Under the pieces are notes generated by a model that was not told where the DNA came from, ran no database searches, and saw nothing but the letters and a program-made list of their open reading frames with translations. From the NCBI GenBank assembly GCA_008080595.1, contig VIKI01000004.1, positions 30,212 through 94,211 of the forward strand: 64,000 bases of DNA. The letters are read 5' to 3'. A program made the position numbers and the translations under genes. The stretch is from Comamonadaceae bacterium. Lineage in GTDB: Bacteria; Pseudomonadota; Gammaproteobacteria; Burkholderiales; Burkholderiaceae_C. This document shows positions 11,340 through 26,027 of this stretch, piece by piece (within the stretch, counting starts at the first letter, position 1; every line of letters starts with the position of its first letter).

Positions 11340-11415
11340 TGGTGCGGCTGGCGGGGATCGAACCCACGACCCTTGGCTTCGGAGGCCAATACTCTATCCA
11401 CTGAGCTACAGCCGC
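11340..11415 (-). tRNA. tRNA-Arg (CCG)
   Basis: GCGGCTGTAGCTCAGTGGATAGAGTATTGGCCT-CCG-AAGCCAAGGGTCGTGGGTTCGATCCCCGCCAGCCGCACCA; 76 nt cloverleaf with CCA. Confidence 0.97.
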
Positions 11416-11483
11416 ACTTGTCTAAAAACAAGACTGCATTCTCGCACAGACCCCTACCGCCATCTGACAGCAGGTGAATTGCG

Positions 11484-15246
<3,763 letters not shown>

Positions 15247-15304
15247 GTCATCCTCTTGTGGTGATTAATCTAGGTTGTGCTTGTCATTTTCCCACTCATT
15301 TGGC

Positions 15305-16714
15305 TTAGCCTTTGAGGGTTTGCTCCAGCACGTGCAGTTGTTGGTTCAACTCCGTCATTTGCTGGCGCTCAGCGCCAATTTTGCGCACCGCATGGAGCAC
15401 GGTGGTATGGTCACGCCCGCCAAACAACTCACCAATCTCAGGCAGGCTTTTCTGGGTCAGCTCTTTGGCCAGGAACATGGCAATCTGGCGTGGCCGGGCA
15501 ATGCTGGCCGGACGCTTTTTGGAATACATGTCGGCCACTTTGATCTTGTAATAGTCGGCCACGGTTTTCTGAATGTTTTCTACCGAAATTTGACGGTTCT
15601 GAATTGACAACAGGTCACGTAGCGCCTCACGGGCCAACAAAATCGAAATTTCCTTTTGGTTAAACCGTGAATACGCCAAAATTTTGCGCAGGGCACCTTC
15701 AAGCTCACGCACGTTCGAGCGCACGTTTTTGGCCACAAAAAAGGCCACCTCTTCAGGCATAAAAATGCCTTCAGCTTGGGCTTTGTTGATCAAAATGGCC
15801 ACCCGCATTTCAAGCTCGGGCGGTTCAATGGCGACGGTCAGTCCAGAGTCAAAGCGCGACACCAGTCGCTCATGAATATCCGTCAAACCTTTCGGGTAAG
15901 TGTCGCTGGTCATGACAATGTGCGATTTTTTCGCCAGCAGAGCTTCAAAGGCGTTGAAGAATTCTTCTTGCGTGCGCTCCTTGTTGGCAAAGAATTGCAC
16001 GTCATCAATCAACAGCAAATCCAGTGAGTGGTATCGCTCCTTGAACTCGTCAAAAGCCTTGCGCTGGTAGGCTTTAACCACATCGGTGACAAACTGCTCT
16101 GCATGGATGTAGAGAACTTTGGCATTAGGGCGGTCAGCAATGAGCTGGTTACCCACGGCGTGCATCAAATGGGTTTTGCCCAAACCCACCCCACCGTAGA
16201 TGAAAAGGGGGTTGTACAAGTGCCCGGGCATACCCGCGACATGCATAGCTGCGGCACGTGCCATGCGGTTGGCGCTGCCCTCAACCAGGGCATCAAAAGT
16301 GAGCATGGTATTGAGCCGATTTTTCAGCGGCTCGGGCACAACTTGCTCGACTTGACTGACCGCATTGTCAGGCGCGGCCATGGGCATGAGCCGTTGCGCG
16401 GGCTGGCTCCTGGCAATCGGCTCTCTTGGTGTGAGCGCCAATTCAAGGTGAATGGCCTGCCCTGTCAGACGCTCCATTTGCTGGGCCAGACGGGCGCTGT
16501 ATTGCGCACGAATCCAGTCCATTTTGAAGCGATTGGCCACAAAAATCGTGACCTTGGACAGATCGTCAGCCACTTGGGCAGTGAGTGGTTTGATCCAGGT
16601 TTGAAATTGTTGCTCAGGCAATTCCTGAGCAAGCTGGTCAATACAGGCTTGCCACAAATCAGTACTGGCTTGCAGCTCTGTGAAGGCTGGTTGTGGAGAG
16701 ATTCCCTCGGTCAT
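15305..16714 (-). CDS. dnaA: Chromosomal replication initiator
   Basis: [35 protein letters not shown]. Confidence 0.99.
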   Translation of the reverse strand: MTEGISPQPAFTELQASTDLWQACIDQLAQELPEQQFQTWIKPLTAQVADDLSKVTIFVANRFKMDWIRAQYSARLAQQMERLTGQAIHLELALTPREPIARSQPAQRLMPMAAPDNAVSQVEQVVPEPLKNRLNTMLTFDALVEGSANRMARAAAMHVAGMPGHLYNPLFIYGGVGLGKTHLMHAVGNQLIADRPNAKVLYIHAEQFVTDVVKAYQRKAFDEFKERYHSLDLLLIDDVQFFANKERTQEEFFNAFEALLAKKSHIVMTSDTYPKGLTDIHERLVSRFDSGLTVAIEPPELEMRVAILINKAQAEGIFMPEEVAFFVAKNVRSNVRELEGALRKILAYSRFNQKEISILLAREALRDLLSIQNRQISVENIQKTVADYYKIKVADMYSKKRPASIARPRQIAMFLAKELTQKSLPEIGELFGGRDHTTVLHAVRKIGAERQQMTELNQQLHVLEQTLKG

Positions 16715-16730
16715 TTTGAGATCAGCTTGG

Positions 16731-16788
16731 TGTGGATAGTTATGAATTGCTGCGCCGCATATTCTAATTTATCAAAAGCTTATCCACA
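16731..16788. promoter_or_regulatory. Two DnaA boxes upstream of dnaA
   Basis: TGTGGATAG at 16731-16739 (one mismatch, reverse) and perfect TTATCCACA at 16780-16788, AT-rich interval. Confidence 0.75.
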
Positions 16789-16989
16789 CCCTGCATTACG
16801 CGAAATCTGGTCTCCGAGTTCGACCCAAAGTCAAGGGTTCAATCCGGCTTCTTTTAGATGGCTTTGAAAGTTTGCGATAATCCAAGGTTCCCCTGAACTA
16901 TTCAGGAGAAAACTGAGCACCGATAAGGCCCTTGCGTGAAGACCATGGCAGGGCCCGTCGCCTATACGCCCTCTGAGGATTATCTAAAA

Positions 16990-17124
16990 ATGAAACGCAC
17001 TTACCAACCATCCAAGATTCGTCGCGCCCGTACCCACGGCTTTTTGGTTCGCATGAAAACCCGTGGCGGACGTGCCGTGATCAATGCACGTCGCGCCAAA
17101 GGCCGCAAGCGCTTGGCCGTCTAA
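16990..17124 (+). CDS. rpmH: 50S ribosomal protein L34
   Basis: [22 protein letters not shown], 44 aa. Confidence 0.98.
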   Translation: MKRTYQPSKIRRARTHGFLVRMKTRGGRAVINARRAKGRKRLAV

Positions 17125-17176
17125 ATCGACGGTGAGTCTGGCCTGTTGCTGATCTGTTCCGCAAAGGCATCCTGTT

Positions 17177-17584
17177 TTGCAACGTCTTCAGAGCCGTCCC
17201 CAGTTCCAGGCTGTGCTGGCGGGTTTGACGCTGTCGCGAACACCACACTTTGCGCTGCATTTCCTGGCACTGGACAAGCAACCTGAAGGGGCCGCACATC
17301 AGCCCTTGTTTGCTCTACAAGATGTCTGGATGGGTGCCATGGTGCCCAAACGGTGGGCTAAACGCGCAGTGACTCGCAACACCATCAAACGCCAGATTTA
17401 CGCGTTGAGTCAAGATTTTGAGCATGAGTTGCAATCTGCCGCTCATGTGGTGCGGCTGCGCGCCGGTTTTGACAAGACGCGATTTATCAGCGCCACATCA
17501 AATGCACTCAAGGCCGCCGTGCGTACCGAATTGCAGCAGCTTTTCACACGAGCGACAGCCAACCCCGTGCAGGGAACGGCATGA
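17177..17584 (+). CDS. rnpA: RNase P protein component
   Basis: KRWAKRAVTRNTIKR; synteny. Confidence 0.92.
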   Translation: MQRLQSRPQFQAVLAGLTLSRTPHFALHFLALDKQPEGAAHQPLFALQDVWMGAMVPKRWAKRAVTRNTIKRQIYALSQDFEHELQSAAHVVRLRAGFDKTRFISATSNALKAAVRTELQQLFTRATANPVQGTA

Positions 17585-17865
17585 TCAAACACGTTTTGAT
17601 AGGTGTCGTTCGGGGCTATCGCTTGCTGCTAAGTCCCTGGCTGGGTTCATCCTGTCGGTTTGAGCCCACTTGCTCCATGTACTCGCTACAGGCACTGGAA
17701 CGCTTTGGTGCCTTTAAAGGCAGTTATTTGACCCTGGGCAGAATTGGGCGTTGCCATCCTTGGTGTCAAGGCGGGCTTGATCCTGTGCCGAACATTCTCC
17801 ACCCGGACAAGCCTGATTTGTTTTCCCGGTTGATTTCCTCTTCCACTCAAAAGAAGTCCTCATGA
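17581..17865 (+). CDS. yidD: Membrane protein insertion efficiency factor
   Basis: CRFEPTCS, RCHPW, DPVP. Confidence 0.95.
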   Translation: MIKHVLIGVVRGYRLLLSPWLGSSCRFEPTCSMYSLQALERFGAFKGSYLTLGRIGRCHPWCQGGLDPVPNILHPDKPDLFSRLISSSTQKKSS

Positions 17866-19577
17866 ACGATATTCGTCGCACCATTCTGTGGGTGATTTTT
17901 GGCTTTTCCCTGGTCATGCTGTGGGATCAATGGCAGGTTTACAACGGGCGCAAACCCACGTTTTTCCCTGGAGCAACACCAACTTCCGTCCAGGCGCAAA
18001 AACCAGCAGGCTCAGCCAGCCGCTCGAACGGGGTTCCAATTGCTACAAATAGCGCAGCAACCCCTGCTCAAATTACGGGCGCAACAGCCCCCAATTCCCC
18101 TCAAGTCAGTGCCCCATCGGTTGCCCATGAAAAAGTGGTCGCACAAACCGATGTGTTCAAGCTGACTTTTGACACCGAGGGGGGGTCTTTGGTGCAAGTG
18201 GAATTGCTCAAACATGCCGATATGGCGAATAAAGCCCGCAATTTTGTTTTGCTCGATGACAGCAAAGACCGCGTCTATCTGGCGCAGTCGGGCCTGATTT
18301 CTGCCACTGTCGGGGCCGCACTTCCCACCCACAAATCGGTCATGACGCTCATGCCGGGTGAACGCACACTGGCTGAAGGCAGTCAGACTCTTGAATTGCG
18401 TTTTGAATCGCCTGAAGTAGGCGGTGTCAAATTGGCCAAAACCTACACCTTGACACGCGGCAGTTATGCCGTTTCAGTGAAACATGAGGTGATCAATGTC
18501 GGTGCAGCCACTGTGAATGCACAGATGTATCTGCAATTGGTACGTGACGGCAACAAACCTGAGGGCGAATCATCGTTCTACTCCACGTTCACCGGGCCTG
18601 CGGTCTACACCGAAGCCAAGAAATACCAGAAAGTGGAATTTACCGACATTGAAAAGGGCAAGGTTGACATTGAAAAATCCGCCAGCAATGGCTATGTCGC
18701 CATGGTTCAGCATTACTTTGCCAGTGCGTGGTTGCTTGCAGATGGCGTTCAGCGTGACCTGTTCATGCGCAAGGTAGACACCAACCTTTACTCCGTCGGC
18801 ATGATTGCCCCTCTGGAACCGATTGCACCGGGTGCACGCAAAACCGTTGAGGCGCGTTTGTTTGCCGGCCCGCAAGAAGAAAAAATGCTGGAGTCACTGA
18901 CTCCTGGGTTGGAATTGGTCAAAGACTATGGCTGGCTGACCATTTTGGCCAAACCGTTGTACTGGTTGCTGGATCAATTACACGCCGTCATCAACAACTG
19001 GGGCTGGGCGATTGTGGCGCTGGTGCTGTTGCTCAAAATTGCTTTCTATTGGCTCAATGCCAAGGCTTACGCCAGCATGGCCAAGATGAAAGCAGTGAAC
19101 CCGCGGATTACAGAAATGCGTGAACGCCTGAAAGACAATCCACAACAGATGCAACAAGAGATGATGCGCATCTACCGTGAAGAAAAAGTCAATCCCATGG
19201 GGGGCTGTTTCCCGATCATGATCCAGATCCCCGTGTTCATTGCCCTCTACTGGGTACTGCTGGCCAGTGTGGAGATGCGCAACACCCCGTGGATCGGCTG
19301 GATTGCTGACTTGTCTTCACCAGACCCCTGGTACATCTTACCCGTGGTGATGGCACTCACCACCATGCTGCAAACCTCGCTGAACCCGGCCCCGCCTGAT
19401 CCTATGCAAGCCAAGATGATGTGGTTCATGCCACTGGCTTTCAGTGTGATGTTCTTCTTCTTCCCGTCGGGTCTGGTGCTGTACTGGATCACCAACAACG
19501 TGTTGTCGATTGCCCAGCAGTGGGTCATCAACGTGCGCATGGGTGTGCCGCCAAAGTTCCATTTGCCCAAGTTCTGA
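17862..19577 (+). CDS. yidC: Membrane protein insertase
   Basis: DYGW, NWGWAI, NPMGGCFP, GLVLYWITNN. Confidence 0.98.
   Translation: MNDIRRTILWVIFGFSLVMLWDQWQVYNGRKPTFFPGATPTSVQAQKPAGSASRSNGVPIATNSAATPAQITGATAPNSPQVSAPSVAHEKVVAQTDVFKLTFDTEGGSLVQVELLKHADMANKARNFVLLDDSKDRVYLAQSGLISATVGAALPTHKSVMTLMPGERTLAEGSQTLELRFESPEVGGVKLAKTYTLTRGSYAVSVKHEVINVGAATVNAQMYLQLVRDGNKPEGESSFYSTFTGPAVYTEAKKYQKVEFTDIEKGKVDIEKSASNGYVAMVQHYFASAWLLADGVQRDLFMRKVDTNLYSVGMIAPLEPIAPGARKTVEARLFAGPQEEKMLESLTPGLELVKDYGWLTILAKPLYWLLDQLHAVINNWGWAIVALVLLLKIAFYWLNAKAYASMAKMKAVNPRITEMRERLKDNPQQMQQEMMRIYREEKVNPMGGCFPIMIQIPVFIALYWVLLASVEMRNTPWIGWIADLSSPDPWYILPVVMALTTMLQTSLNPAPPDPMQAKMMWFMPLAFSVMFFFFPSGLVLYWITNNVLSIAQQWVINVRMGVPPKFHLPKF
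18042..18097 (+). repeat. Degenerate element R3, in the yidC linker
   Basis: GCTAC-AAATAGC-GCAGC-AACCC-CTGCTC-AAATTAC-GGGCGC-AACAGCCC-CCAATT, encoding ATNSAATPAQITGATAPN. Confidence 0.5.
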
Positions 19578-19598
19578 ATCCCTCGGGCCTGAACCGCC

Positions 19599-21005
19599 GT
19601 GAGTTTGCCACGTCATCAGGATCCGATATTGGCCATTGCCACCGCACCTGGACGCGGGGCGGTGGGTATTGTGCGCATCAGTGGGCGAGGTCTCACCGCC
19701 CTCAGCCAGGCACTGTGCGCACGTATTCTGAAGCCGCGCGAAGCCACTTACACCGCTTTTCTGGATGCTCAAGGTGTCCCTATTGATCAGGGTTTGGCCA
19801 TCTTTTTCCCCGGCCCACATTCATTCACGGGTGAAGATGTGCTGGAGCTGCAAGCCCACGGTGGGCCGGTGGTGTTACAGCTATTGCTTTCCCGCTGTTT
19901 GCAAGCAGCGGCACAAGTCGGCCATGATGGCTTGCCACTGTTACCGCATCTGCGCGTGGCTTTGCCTGGTGAATTCTCTGAGCGGGCCTTTCTGAACAAC
20001 AAAATCGATCTGGCACAAGCCGAAGCCATTGCCGATTTGATTGATGCCAGCACCGAAGCCGCTGCGCGCAGTGCAACACGTTCACTGTCTGGCGCATTCT
20101 CACAAGAGATTCACCATTTGCGTGATGCCTTGGTTCATCTGCGCATGTTGGTCGAAGCCACACTGGATTTTCCTGAAGAAGAAATTGACTTCCTGCGCAA
20201 GGCTGACGCGCATGGGCAGCTCTCAAATTTGCAGCACTCTTTGAATTTGGTACTGAGTCGGGCACGCCAGGGGGCATTGCTACGCGAAGGCATCAAGGTG
20301 GTGATTGCGGGCCAGCCCAATGCGGGTAAATCATCCTTGCTCAATGCCTTGGCAGGCGCTGAATTGGCCATCGTGACGGCCATTGCGGGAACCACCCGTG
20401 ACAAGGTGCAACAAACCATCCAGATTGAAGGTGTGCCGCTGCACGTCATTGACACTGCTGGCCTGCGTGAAAGTGTGGATGAGGTTGAGCAAATTGGCAT
20501 TGAACGCGCCTGGGAAGCCATTACTCAGGCCGATGCCGTGCTGTTTTTGCATGATTTGACACGCTGCGATGCTCCTGAATACAAAGCGGATGACGCTCGC
20601 ATCTCAAGGCTCATGGCCGAAAAACTACCAAAATCTGTGCCCGTCATCGATATTTGGAACAAAGCAGATGCGGCTACCCATGCACAAGCTGGTGATGGTT
20701 TGCTTTTGTCTGCCAAAAATGGCTCAGGATTGGATGTTTTACGTGAGCGTCTACTGCAATTGGCTGGTTGGCAATCCGTGACCGAAGGTGTTTTTATCGC
20801 CCGGACACGTCATGTACAGGCCTTGCATGTTGCACAAATACATCTTCAGGCCGCCCAAATGCATCTTGATATTCACCATCAGGCATTGGATTTATTGGCC
20901 GAAGAGCTGCGTCTGGCGCACAATGCGCTCTGTGAGATTCTCGGTGAGTTCACGTCCGACGATTTGCTGGGTGTGATCTTTTCTAGTTTTTGTATTGGCA
21001 AATAA
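19599..21005 (+). CDS. mnmE: tRNA modification GTPase
   Basis: [24 protein letters not shown]-terminus. Confidence 0.98.
   Translation: MSLPRHQDPILAIATAPGRGAVGIVRISGRGLTALSQALCARILKPREATYTAFLDAQGVPIDQGLAIFFPGPHSFTGEDVLELQAHGGPVVLQLLLSRCLQAAAQVGHDGLPLLPHLRVALPGEFSERAFLNNKIDLAQAEAIADLIDASTEAAARSATRSLSGAFSQEIHHLRDALVHLRMLVEATLDFPEEEIDFLRKADAHGQLSNLQHSLNLVLSRARQGALLREGIKVVIAGQPNAGKSSLLNALAGAELAIVTAIAGTTRDKVQQTIQIEGVPLHVIDTAGLRESVDEVEQIGIERAWEAITQADAVLFLHDLTRCDAPEYKADDARISRLMAEKLPKSVPVIDIWNKADAATHAQAGDGLLLSAKNGSGLDVLRERLLQLAGWQSVTEGVFIARTRHVQALHVAQIHLQAAQMHLDIHHQALDLLAEELRLAHNALCEILGEFTSDDLLGVIFSSFCIGK
20571..20625 (+). repeat. Degenerate element R4, inside mnmE
   Basis: GCTCC-TGAATAC-AAAGC-GGATG-ACGCTC-GCATCTC-AAGGCT-CATGGCC-GAAAA. 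Confidence 0.55.
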
Positions 21006-21034
21006 TACTTGCTTGTTTTAATGGAGTGTAAATC

Positions 21035-21727
21035 GTGGCGTTTTTTGACTGGCTAAAAAGAAAACCGGCCCAACCGCAACATACGGTCTTTCCACCGAGT
21101 GAGTTGACTCCGCACGCTCCTCAGGCTGCACCCGTGCGCCCAACCGTATCCCCGGTGGATGAAGACCTGAAAATCCAACGCCAGGAACGCCGGGAACACA
21201 TGTACGCAGTTGTGCGCGATGTCATGCTGCGCAGTGAAGTGTTGGCCTCCAGATACAAATTCAAGGTGCTGTCGCTGGACGTGCGGGGGCGTCAGTTCTT
21301 GATCATGATGGACTTGCTCAATACCAACGATCTCCCTAGCGAGAAATTCATGGATGTGGAGCGCTTGATGGCCGCCACCGCCGCCCAACAGCATGATTTG
21401 CAGGTCAAAGCCGTGTATTGGCGTGTCAGTTTCCAAGCAGAAGTCATCCCGCAACCTGAAACCAAAGCACCACCCACAACGACACCAGCGCCACGGGTTC
21501 GCCGAGATTTACCAAAAGCACAGAGCGACTTTGAGCCGATTGGTCAAGACGAAGTGTTAGCTTTTCAGCAGGCAGTCGCTGCGGGTACGGCAGCCAAACC
21601 AGTGGCACGCACCGCAGCCCAACCCATCAGTCAGCCCGAATCTTTGACGGGTTATGAAGATACACAAGTGCTTGAACCCGCAGACAATGGTTCGCCACTC
21701 AGTGCCACCCAGTATGGTGGGCTTTAA
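21035..21727 (+). CDS. Hypothetical protein
   Basis: 230 aa ORF with GGAG RBS; globular core (YKFKVLSLD...AVYWR) flanked by Pro-rich segments. Confidence 0.75.
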   Translation: MAFFDWLKRKPAQPQHTVFPPSELTPHAPQAAPVRPTVSPVDEDLKIQRQERREHMYAVVRDVMLRSEVLASRYKFKVLSLDVRGRQFLIMMDLLNTNDLPSEKFMDVERLMAATAAQQHDLQVKAVYWRVSFQAEVIPQPETKAPPTTTPAPRVRRDLPKAQSDFEPIGQDEVLAFQQAVAAGTAAKPVARTAAQPISQPESLTGYEDTQVLEPADNGSPLSATQYGGL

Positions 21728-21810
21728 ACTGAAGCACCTCATCAGCACATTCAGGGATTGATTGACCATTACCGGGTCAAGTATCTGGTCGCTCGTTCGG
21801 CCAGAAGGGA

Positions 21811-23802
21811 CTAGAACGGACCTTTCAGCAAGCGCAGCTCGGCAAGTTCTAGTTTGTCAGCCTGACCAGCTAGAACCAGTGCGTCGCCATTCATCAGCTC
21901 CAGTTCATCTGACAAAACCATCACCTGCCCAGAACTGCGGCGCAAACTCACCAGGCGCACATCCAGCGTCTGCAACTCCAGGTCAGCAACCGTGCGACCA
22001 ATCGCACGGGCAGCAAGTGTCAAACTCAACGAACTCAGACGCTCCTGGCTCAATTCATCCACCGAACCGTCATCAGCACCACGGAAAAAGCCACGCAACA
22101 ATTTGTATCGAGCATCCCGCTGCTCCTGCACAATACGAATCACCCTTCGCATCGGCACACCAACCAGTGCCAAAGCATGACTGGCCAGCATGAGTGAGCC
22201 CTCAATAGCTTCGGGCACAACTTCGGTCGCACCCGCATGGCGCAGGGCCTCAAGGTCATGGTCGTCCTGGGTTCGCACGACCACCGGAACTTGCGGGGCG
22301 TGCTCATGGATATGCGCCAGCACTTTCATGGCGCTGTGGGTTTCCAGATAGGTCACAACCACTGCGCTGGCACGAGCCAAACCAGCGGCCATCAAGGCTT
22401 GCAAGCGGGCAGCGTCGCCGAACACCACGGAGTCACCTGCGGCAGCAGCTTGGCGCACGCGATCCGGGTCCAGGTCTAGCGCCATGTAAGGAATGTGCTC
22501 CTTGTCGAGCATTCGCGCCAGGTTTTGTCCGCAACGGCCATAGCCACAAATGATCACGTGTTTGTTGGTTTTGATGGCTTTGCGGGCAATGCTGGTCATT
22601 TGTACTGATTCCATCAGCCACTCGTTGCTGACCAAACGCATCACCAGTGCACCGCTGTGCATCACGATGAACGGGGTGGCCAGCATGGACAACACCATGG
22701 CCGCCAGAATCGGGTTGAGCAACTCCGGTGGTACCAGCCGGTTGGCCTGCGCCAGTGTCAACAGAACAAATCCGAACTCGCCTGCTTGCGCCAGATAAAG
22801 ACCGGTACGCAAAGCCACACCCATCGTGGAGCCGAAGGCGCGCGTGAGCAACGTCACCACCACAGCTTTGTACAGTACGGGCACGGTCATCAACAGCAGA
22901 ACCAAAGGCCAACGCTCCAGCACCAGCCGCCAGTCCAGCATCATGCCGATGCTAATGAAAAACAGGCCGAGCAACACGTCATGAAATGGCCGAATGTCAG
23001 TTTCCACCTGGTGCTTGTATTGGGTCTCGGAAATCAGCATGCCAGCGATGAAGGAGCCCAGAGCCAGACTCAGGCCGGCCAGCTCAGTCATCCAGGCCAG
23101 ACCCAAGGTGACCAACAGCAAGTTCAGCACAAACAGCTCTTCACTCTTGCGCCGTGCCACCAGCGTGAGCCACCAGCGCATGACACGCGGGCCACCAACC
23201 AACAGGACAGAAATCAAGGCCGCGGCCTTGAGCAGGGCCCAAACCAGTGTTTCAGCCATGTGCTCGGGTGTTGCGCTCAGCGCAGGAATCAACACCAGCA
23301 GCGGCACCACCGCCAAATCCTGGAACAACAACACACCCATGACCCGCTTGCCATGTTCGGACTCCAACTCCAGCCGCTCACTCATGAGTTTGACCACAAT
23401 GGCGGTGCTGCTCATGGCCATGGCGCTGGACAAGGCCAACGCAGTGCGCCAATCCATGCCCCACTGAGAGGGAGCCATCAGCGCAAACACCATGCTGGCG
23501 GCGGTGGTCACCGACATGGTCAATGCCACCTGAAACAAGCCCAAGCCAAACACATGACTGCGCATGCTGCGCAATTTGGGTAAATTAAATTCCAACCCAA
23601 TCACAAACATCAAAAACACCACGCCAAACTCACCCAGATGACGCACACTGTCTGCATTTTTAGCCACCGCCAGGGCATTCGGGCCAATGATCACCCCCAC
23701 CGCCAAATAACCCAACATAGGGGGCAATTTCAGGGAACGACAAACCACCACGCCCAGCACGGCAGCCAACAGGTACAACAGGGTCAGGTCAAGTGGATTC
23801 AC
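21811..23802 (-). CDS. CPA2-family monovalent cation:proton antiporter with TrkA-N/TrkA-C domains (Kef-like)
   Basis: Many TM helices, LLFQD, QAGEFGF, CGYGRCG. Confidence 0.92.
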   Translation of the reverse strand: MNPLDLTLLYLLAAVLGVVVCRSLKLPPMLGYLAVGVIIGPNALAVAKNADSVRHLGEFGVVFLMFVIGLEFNLPKLRSMRSHVFGLGLFQVALTMSVTTAASMVFALMAPSQWGMDWRTALALSSAMAMSSTAIVVKLMSERLELESEHGKRVMGVLLFQDLAVVPLLVLIPALSATPEHMAETLVWALLKAAALISVLLVGGPRVMRWWLTLVARRKSEELFVLNLLLVTLGLAWMTELAGLSLALGSFIAGMLISETQYKHQVETDIRPFHDVLLGLFFISIGMMLDWRLVLERWPLVLLLMTVPVLYKAVVVTLLTRAFGSTMGVALRTGLYLAQAGEFGFVLLTLAQANRLVPPELLNPILAAMVLSMLATPFIVMHSGALVMRLVSNEWLMESVQMTSIARKAIKTNKHVIICGYGRCGQNLARMLDKEHIPYMALDLDPDRVRQAAAAGDSVVFGDAARLQALMAAGLARASAVVVTYLETHSAMKVLAHIHEHAPQVPVVVRTQDDHDLEALRHAGATEVVPEAIEGSLMLASHALALVGVPMRRVIRIVQEQRDARYKLLRGFFRGADDGSVDELSQERLSSLSLTLAARAIGRTVADLELQTLDVRLVSLRRSSGQVMVLSDELELMNGDALVLAGQADKLELAELRLLKGPF

Positions 23803-23859
23803 CCCCTGATGCTACCAAGTCCAAACTCTGGTCAGGAGTCTGGTCGATAGAATGCCAAC

Positions 23860-24861
23860 ATGAAATTTACGCTCTCCCCTGCGCCTCAGTTTGACCCTGA
23901 TCGGGCTCTTGCCTTGGCTCATGAAACACTGGACATTGAGTCTGCTGCAGTGCTCGGACTCAAGCGCCAGCTAGGTGCGGGATTTGTCCAGGCGGTAGGT
24001 TTGATGCTGGCGGTCAAAGGCCGGGTCGTGGTGATGGGTATGGGCAAAAGTGGGCATATCGGTCGGAAAATTGTCGCCACACTGGCCTCTACTGGCACAG
24101 CTGCCATGTTTGTCCACCCGGCCGAAGCCAGTCACGGTGATCTGGGCATGATCAAACCGGTCGATGTCGTACTGGCCATTTCCAACAGTGGCGAATCAGA
24201 AGAAATTACCGCCATCTTGCCGATGATCAAGCGTCTTGGGGCCCCCTTGGTGGCCATGACCGGACACCCGCAATCGTCCTTGGCACGTTATGCCGATGTT
24301 TTTCTTCACAGCGGTGTTGAAAAAGAAGCCTGCCCACTGAACCTGGCACCCACTGCAAGTACCACAGCACAACTTGCTTTGGGCGATGCCTTGGCAGTGG
24401 CATTATTGGATGCGCGCGGCTTCAAAGCCGAAGACTTTGCGCGCTCTCATCCGGGTGGCGCTCTGGGGCGCAAGCTGTTGACCTTGGTGAGTGACATCAT
24501 GCGCAGTGGAGATCATGTTCCACGCGTAGGCCTGCAGGCAGGATTCAGTGAACTCATGCGCGAGATGAGCGCCAAAGGTCTGGGCGCGACCGCTGTGGTG
24601 GATGCAGCAGGCACGGTATGCGGCATATTTACCGATGGTGATCTGCGTCGGCTGATTGAAAAAGGCGCTGACTTGCGCAGTTGCACGGCCGAGCAGGTGA
24701 TGCACACCAATCCCAGCACCATCAGCCCCGATGCCTTGGCGGTAGACGCGGTCGAGTTGATGGAGCAACGCTGCATCACCAGTGTACTGGTGGTAGATCA
24801 CACGGGTGTGCTGTGCGGCGCACTCAACACCAATGATCTGATGCGGGCCAAGGTGATCTGA
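23860..24861 (+). CDS. kdsD: Arabinose-5-phosphate isomerase (SIS+CBS)
   Basis: GMGKSGHIG, EASHGDLG, EACPLNLAPT. Confidence 0.95.
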   Translation: MKFTLSPAPQFDPDRALALAHETLDIESAAVLGLKRQLGAGFVQAVGLMLAVKGRVVVMGMGKSGHIGRKIVATLASTGTAAMFVHPAEASHGDLGMIKPVDVVLAISNSGESEEITAILPMIKRLGAPLVAMTGHPQSSLARYADVFLHSGVEKEACPLNLAPTASTTAQLALGDALAVALLDARGFKAEDFARSHPGGALGRKLLTLVSDIMRSGDHVPRVGLQAGFSELMREMSAKGLGATAVVDAAGTVCGIFTDGDLRRLIEKGADLRSCTAEQVMHTNPSTISPDALAVDAVELMEQRCITSVLVVDHTGVLCGALNTNDLMRAKVI

Positions 24862-25406
24862 TGCAAGCCGCATTGAACTTCCCCCCCGAACTGTTGCTCA
24901 AGGCCCAGGGTATTCGTGTGGTTTTTTTCGATGTCGATGGCGTACTGACCGATGGTGGCCTGTATTTTTCAGAGCATGGCGAAACCCTCAAACGCTTCAA
25001 CACACTTGATGGTCATGGGCTCAAGCTGTTGCAACGCGCAGGCATCACCCCCGTGGTGATCACCGGGCGTGATTCCAAGCCCCTGCGGCTGCGTTTGTCG
25101 GCCTTAGGTATTCAACACGCCCACTATGGCACCGAAGACAAGCGCCCTGCAGCCCTTGCCACACTTCAAACACTCGGGCTTGATTGGTCACAGGCCGCTG
25201 CCATGGGTGACGACTGGCCCGATTTGCCCGTACTGACACGCTGCGCACTGGCCTGTGCGCCCGCCAATGCACAAGCCGATGTGCTGGCACGGGCACACCA
25301 CATCACCCGTTTGGCCGGTGGAGCCGGTGCTGTGCGTGAGCTGTGTGACTTGCTGTTGGTGGCCAGTGGGTGCTATGCCAAGTTGCTGCAAGAGGCCTTG
25401 GAATGA
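24861..25406 (+). CDS. kdsC: KDO 8-phosphate phosphatase
   Basis: DVDGVLTDG, GDDWPD, GGAGAVRE. Confidence 0.95.
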   Translation: MQAALNFPPELLLKAQGIRVVFFDVDGVLTDGGLYFSEHGETLKRFNTLDGHGLKLLQRAGITPVVITGRDSKPLRLRLSALGIQHAHYGTEDKRPAALATLQTLGLDWSQAAAMGDDWPDLPVLTRCALACAPANAQADVLARAHHITRLAGGAGAVRELCDLLLVASGCYAKLLQEALE

Positions 25407-26017
25407 ATGCCGTGCGTGCTTTATGGGAACGTTTGGCCTTGTACCTGCCAGTGCTGCTGATGGGGGTGCTGGCCATGGCCACTTACTGGCTGGTACGCAA
25501 CACCCCGACACCCAGCCAGCCAGAGCCTGCCGCAGCCGTTGTACACGAGCCAGACTATGTCATGCGCAAGTTTGCCGTCAAAACCTATGCGGCCAACGGC
25601 CAACTCAAAAGTGATGTCACGGGGGTTGAAGCACGTCACTTTCCCGATACCGACACGCTTGAAATAGACCAGGCGCATATTCGCTCATTCAATGAACAAG
25701 GTCGCTTGACCACCGCTACCGCACGTCGAGCCGTGACCAACGGTGATGCGTCCGAGGTGCAGCTGATTGGCAGTGCCCAGGTGGTACGCGCAGAAATCAA
25801 AGATGACAAAGGCAAAATCCAGCCCAGCCTGACGTTCAACGGCGAGTTCTTGCACGCCTTCATGAACACCGAGCGGGTCAAATCCCACAAACCGGTTGAG
25901 TTGACCCGTGGCAAAGATCGCTTTACTGCCGAAAGCATGGACTATGACAATCTGGAGCGCGTGATGCTGCTGCGTGGCCGGGTACGCGGCCAGCTTGTCC
26001 CTGGCAATACCCATTAA
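25403..26017 (+). CDS. lptC: LPS export periplasmic protein
   Basis: Single N-terminal TM, EPDY motif, position after kdsC. Confidence 0.88.
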   Translation: MNAVRALWERLALYLPVLLMGVLAMATYWLVRNTPTPSQPEPAAAVVHEPDYVMRKFAVKTYAANGQLKSDVTGVEARHFPDTDTLEIDQAHIRSFNEQGRLTTATARRAVTNGDASEVQLIGSAQVVRAEIKDDKGKIQPSLTFNGEFLHAFMNTERVKSHKPVELTRGKDRFTAESMDYDNLERVMLLRGRVRGQLVPGNTH

Positions 26018-26027
26018 GCGGATGCTT

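Noticed and set aside
11340-11415. tRNA-Arg as an island attachment site
   Set aside because: No duplicate of its 3' end noticed and no integrase; flanking genes are ordinary.
16715-16990. Calling this region oriC
   Set aside because: Only two DnaA boxes and no clear unwinding repeats; equally consistent with dnaA autoregulation.
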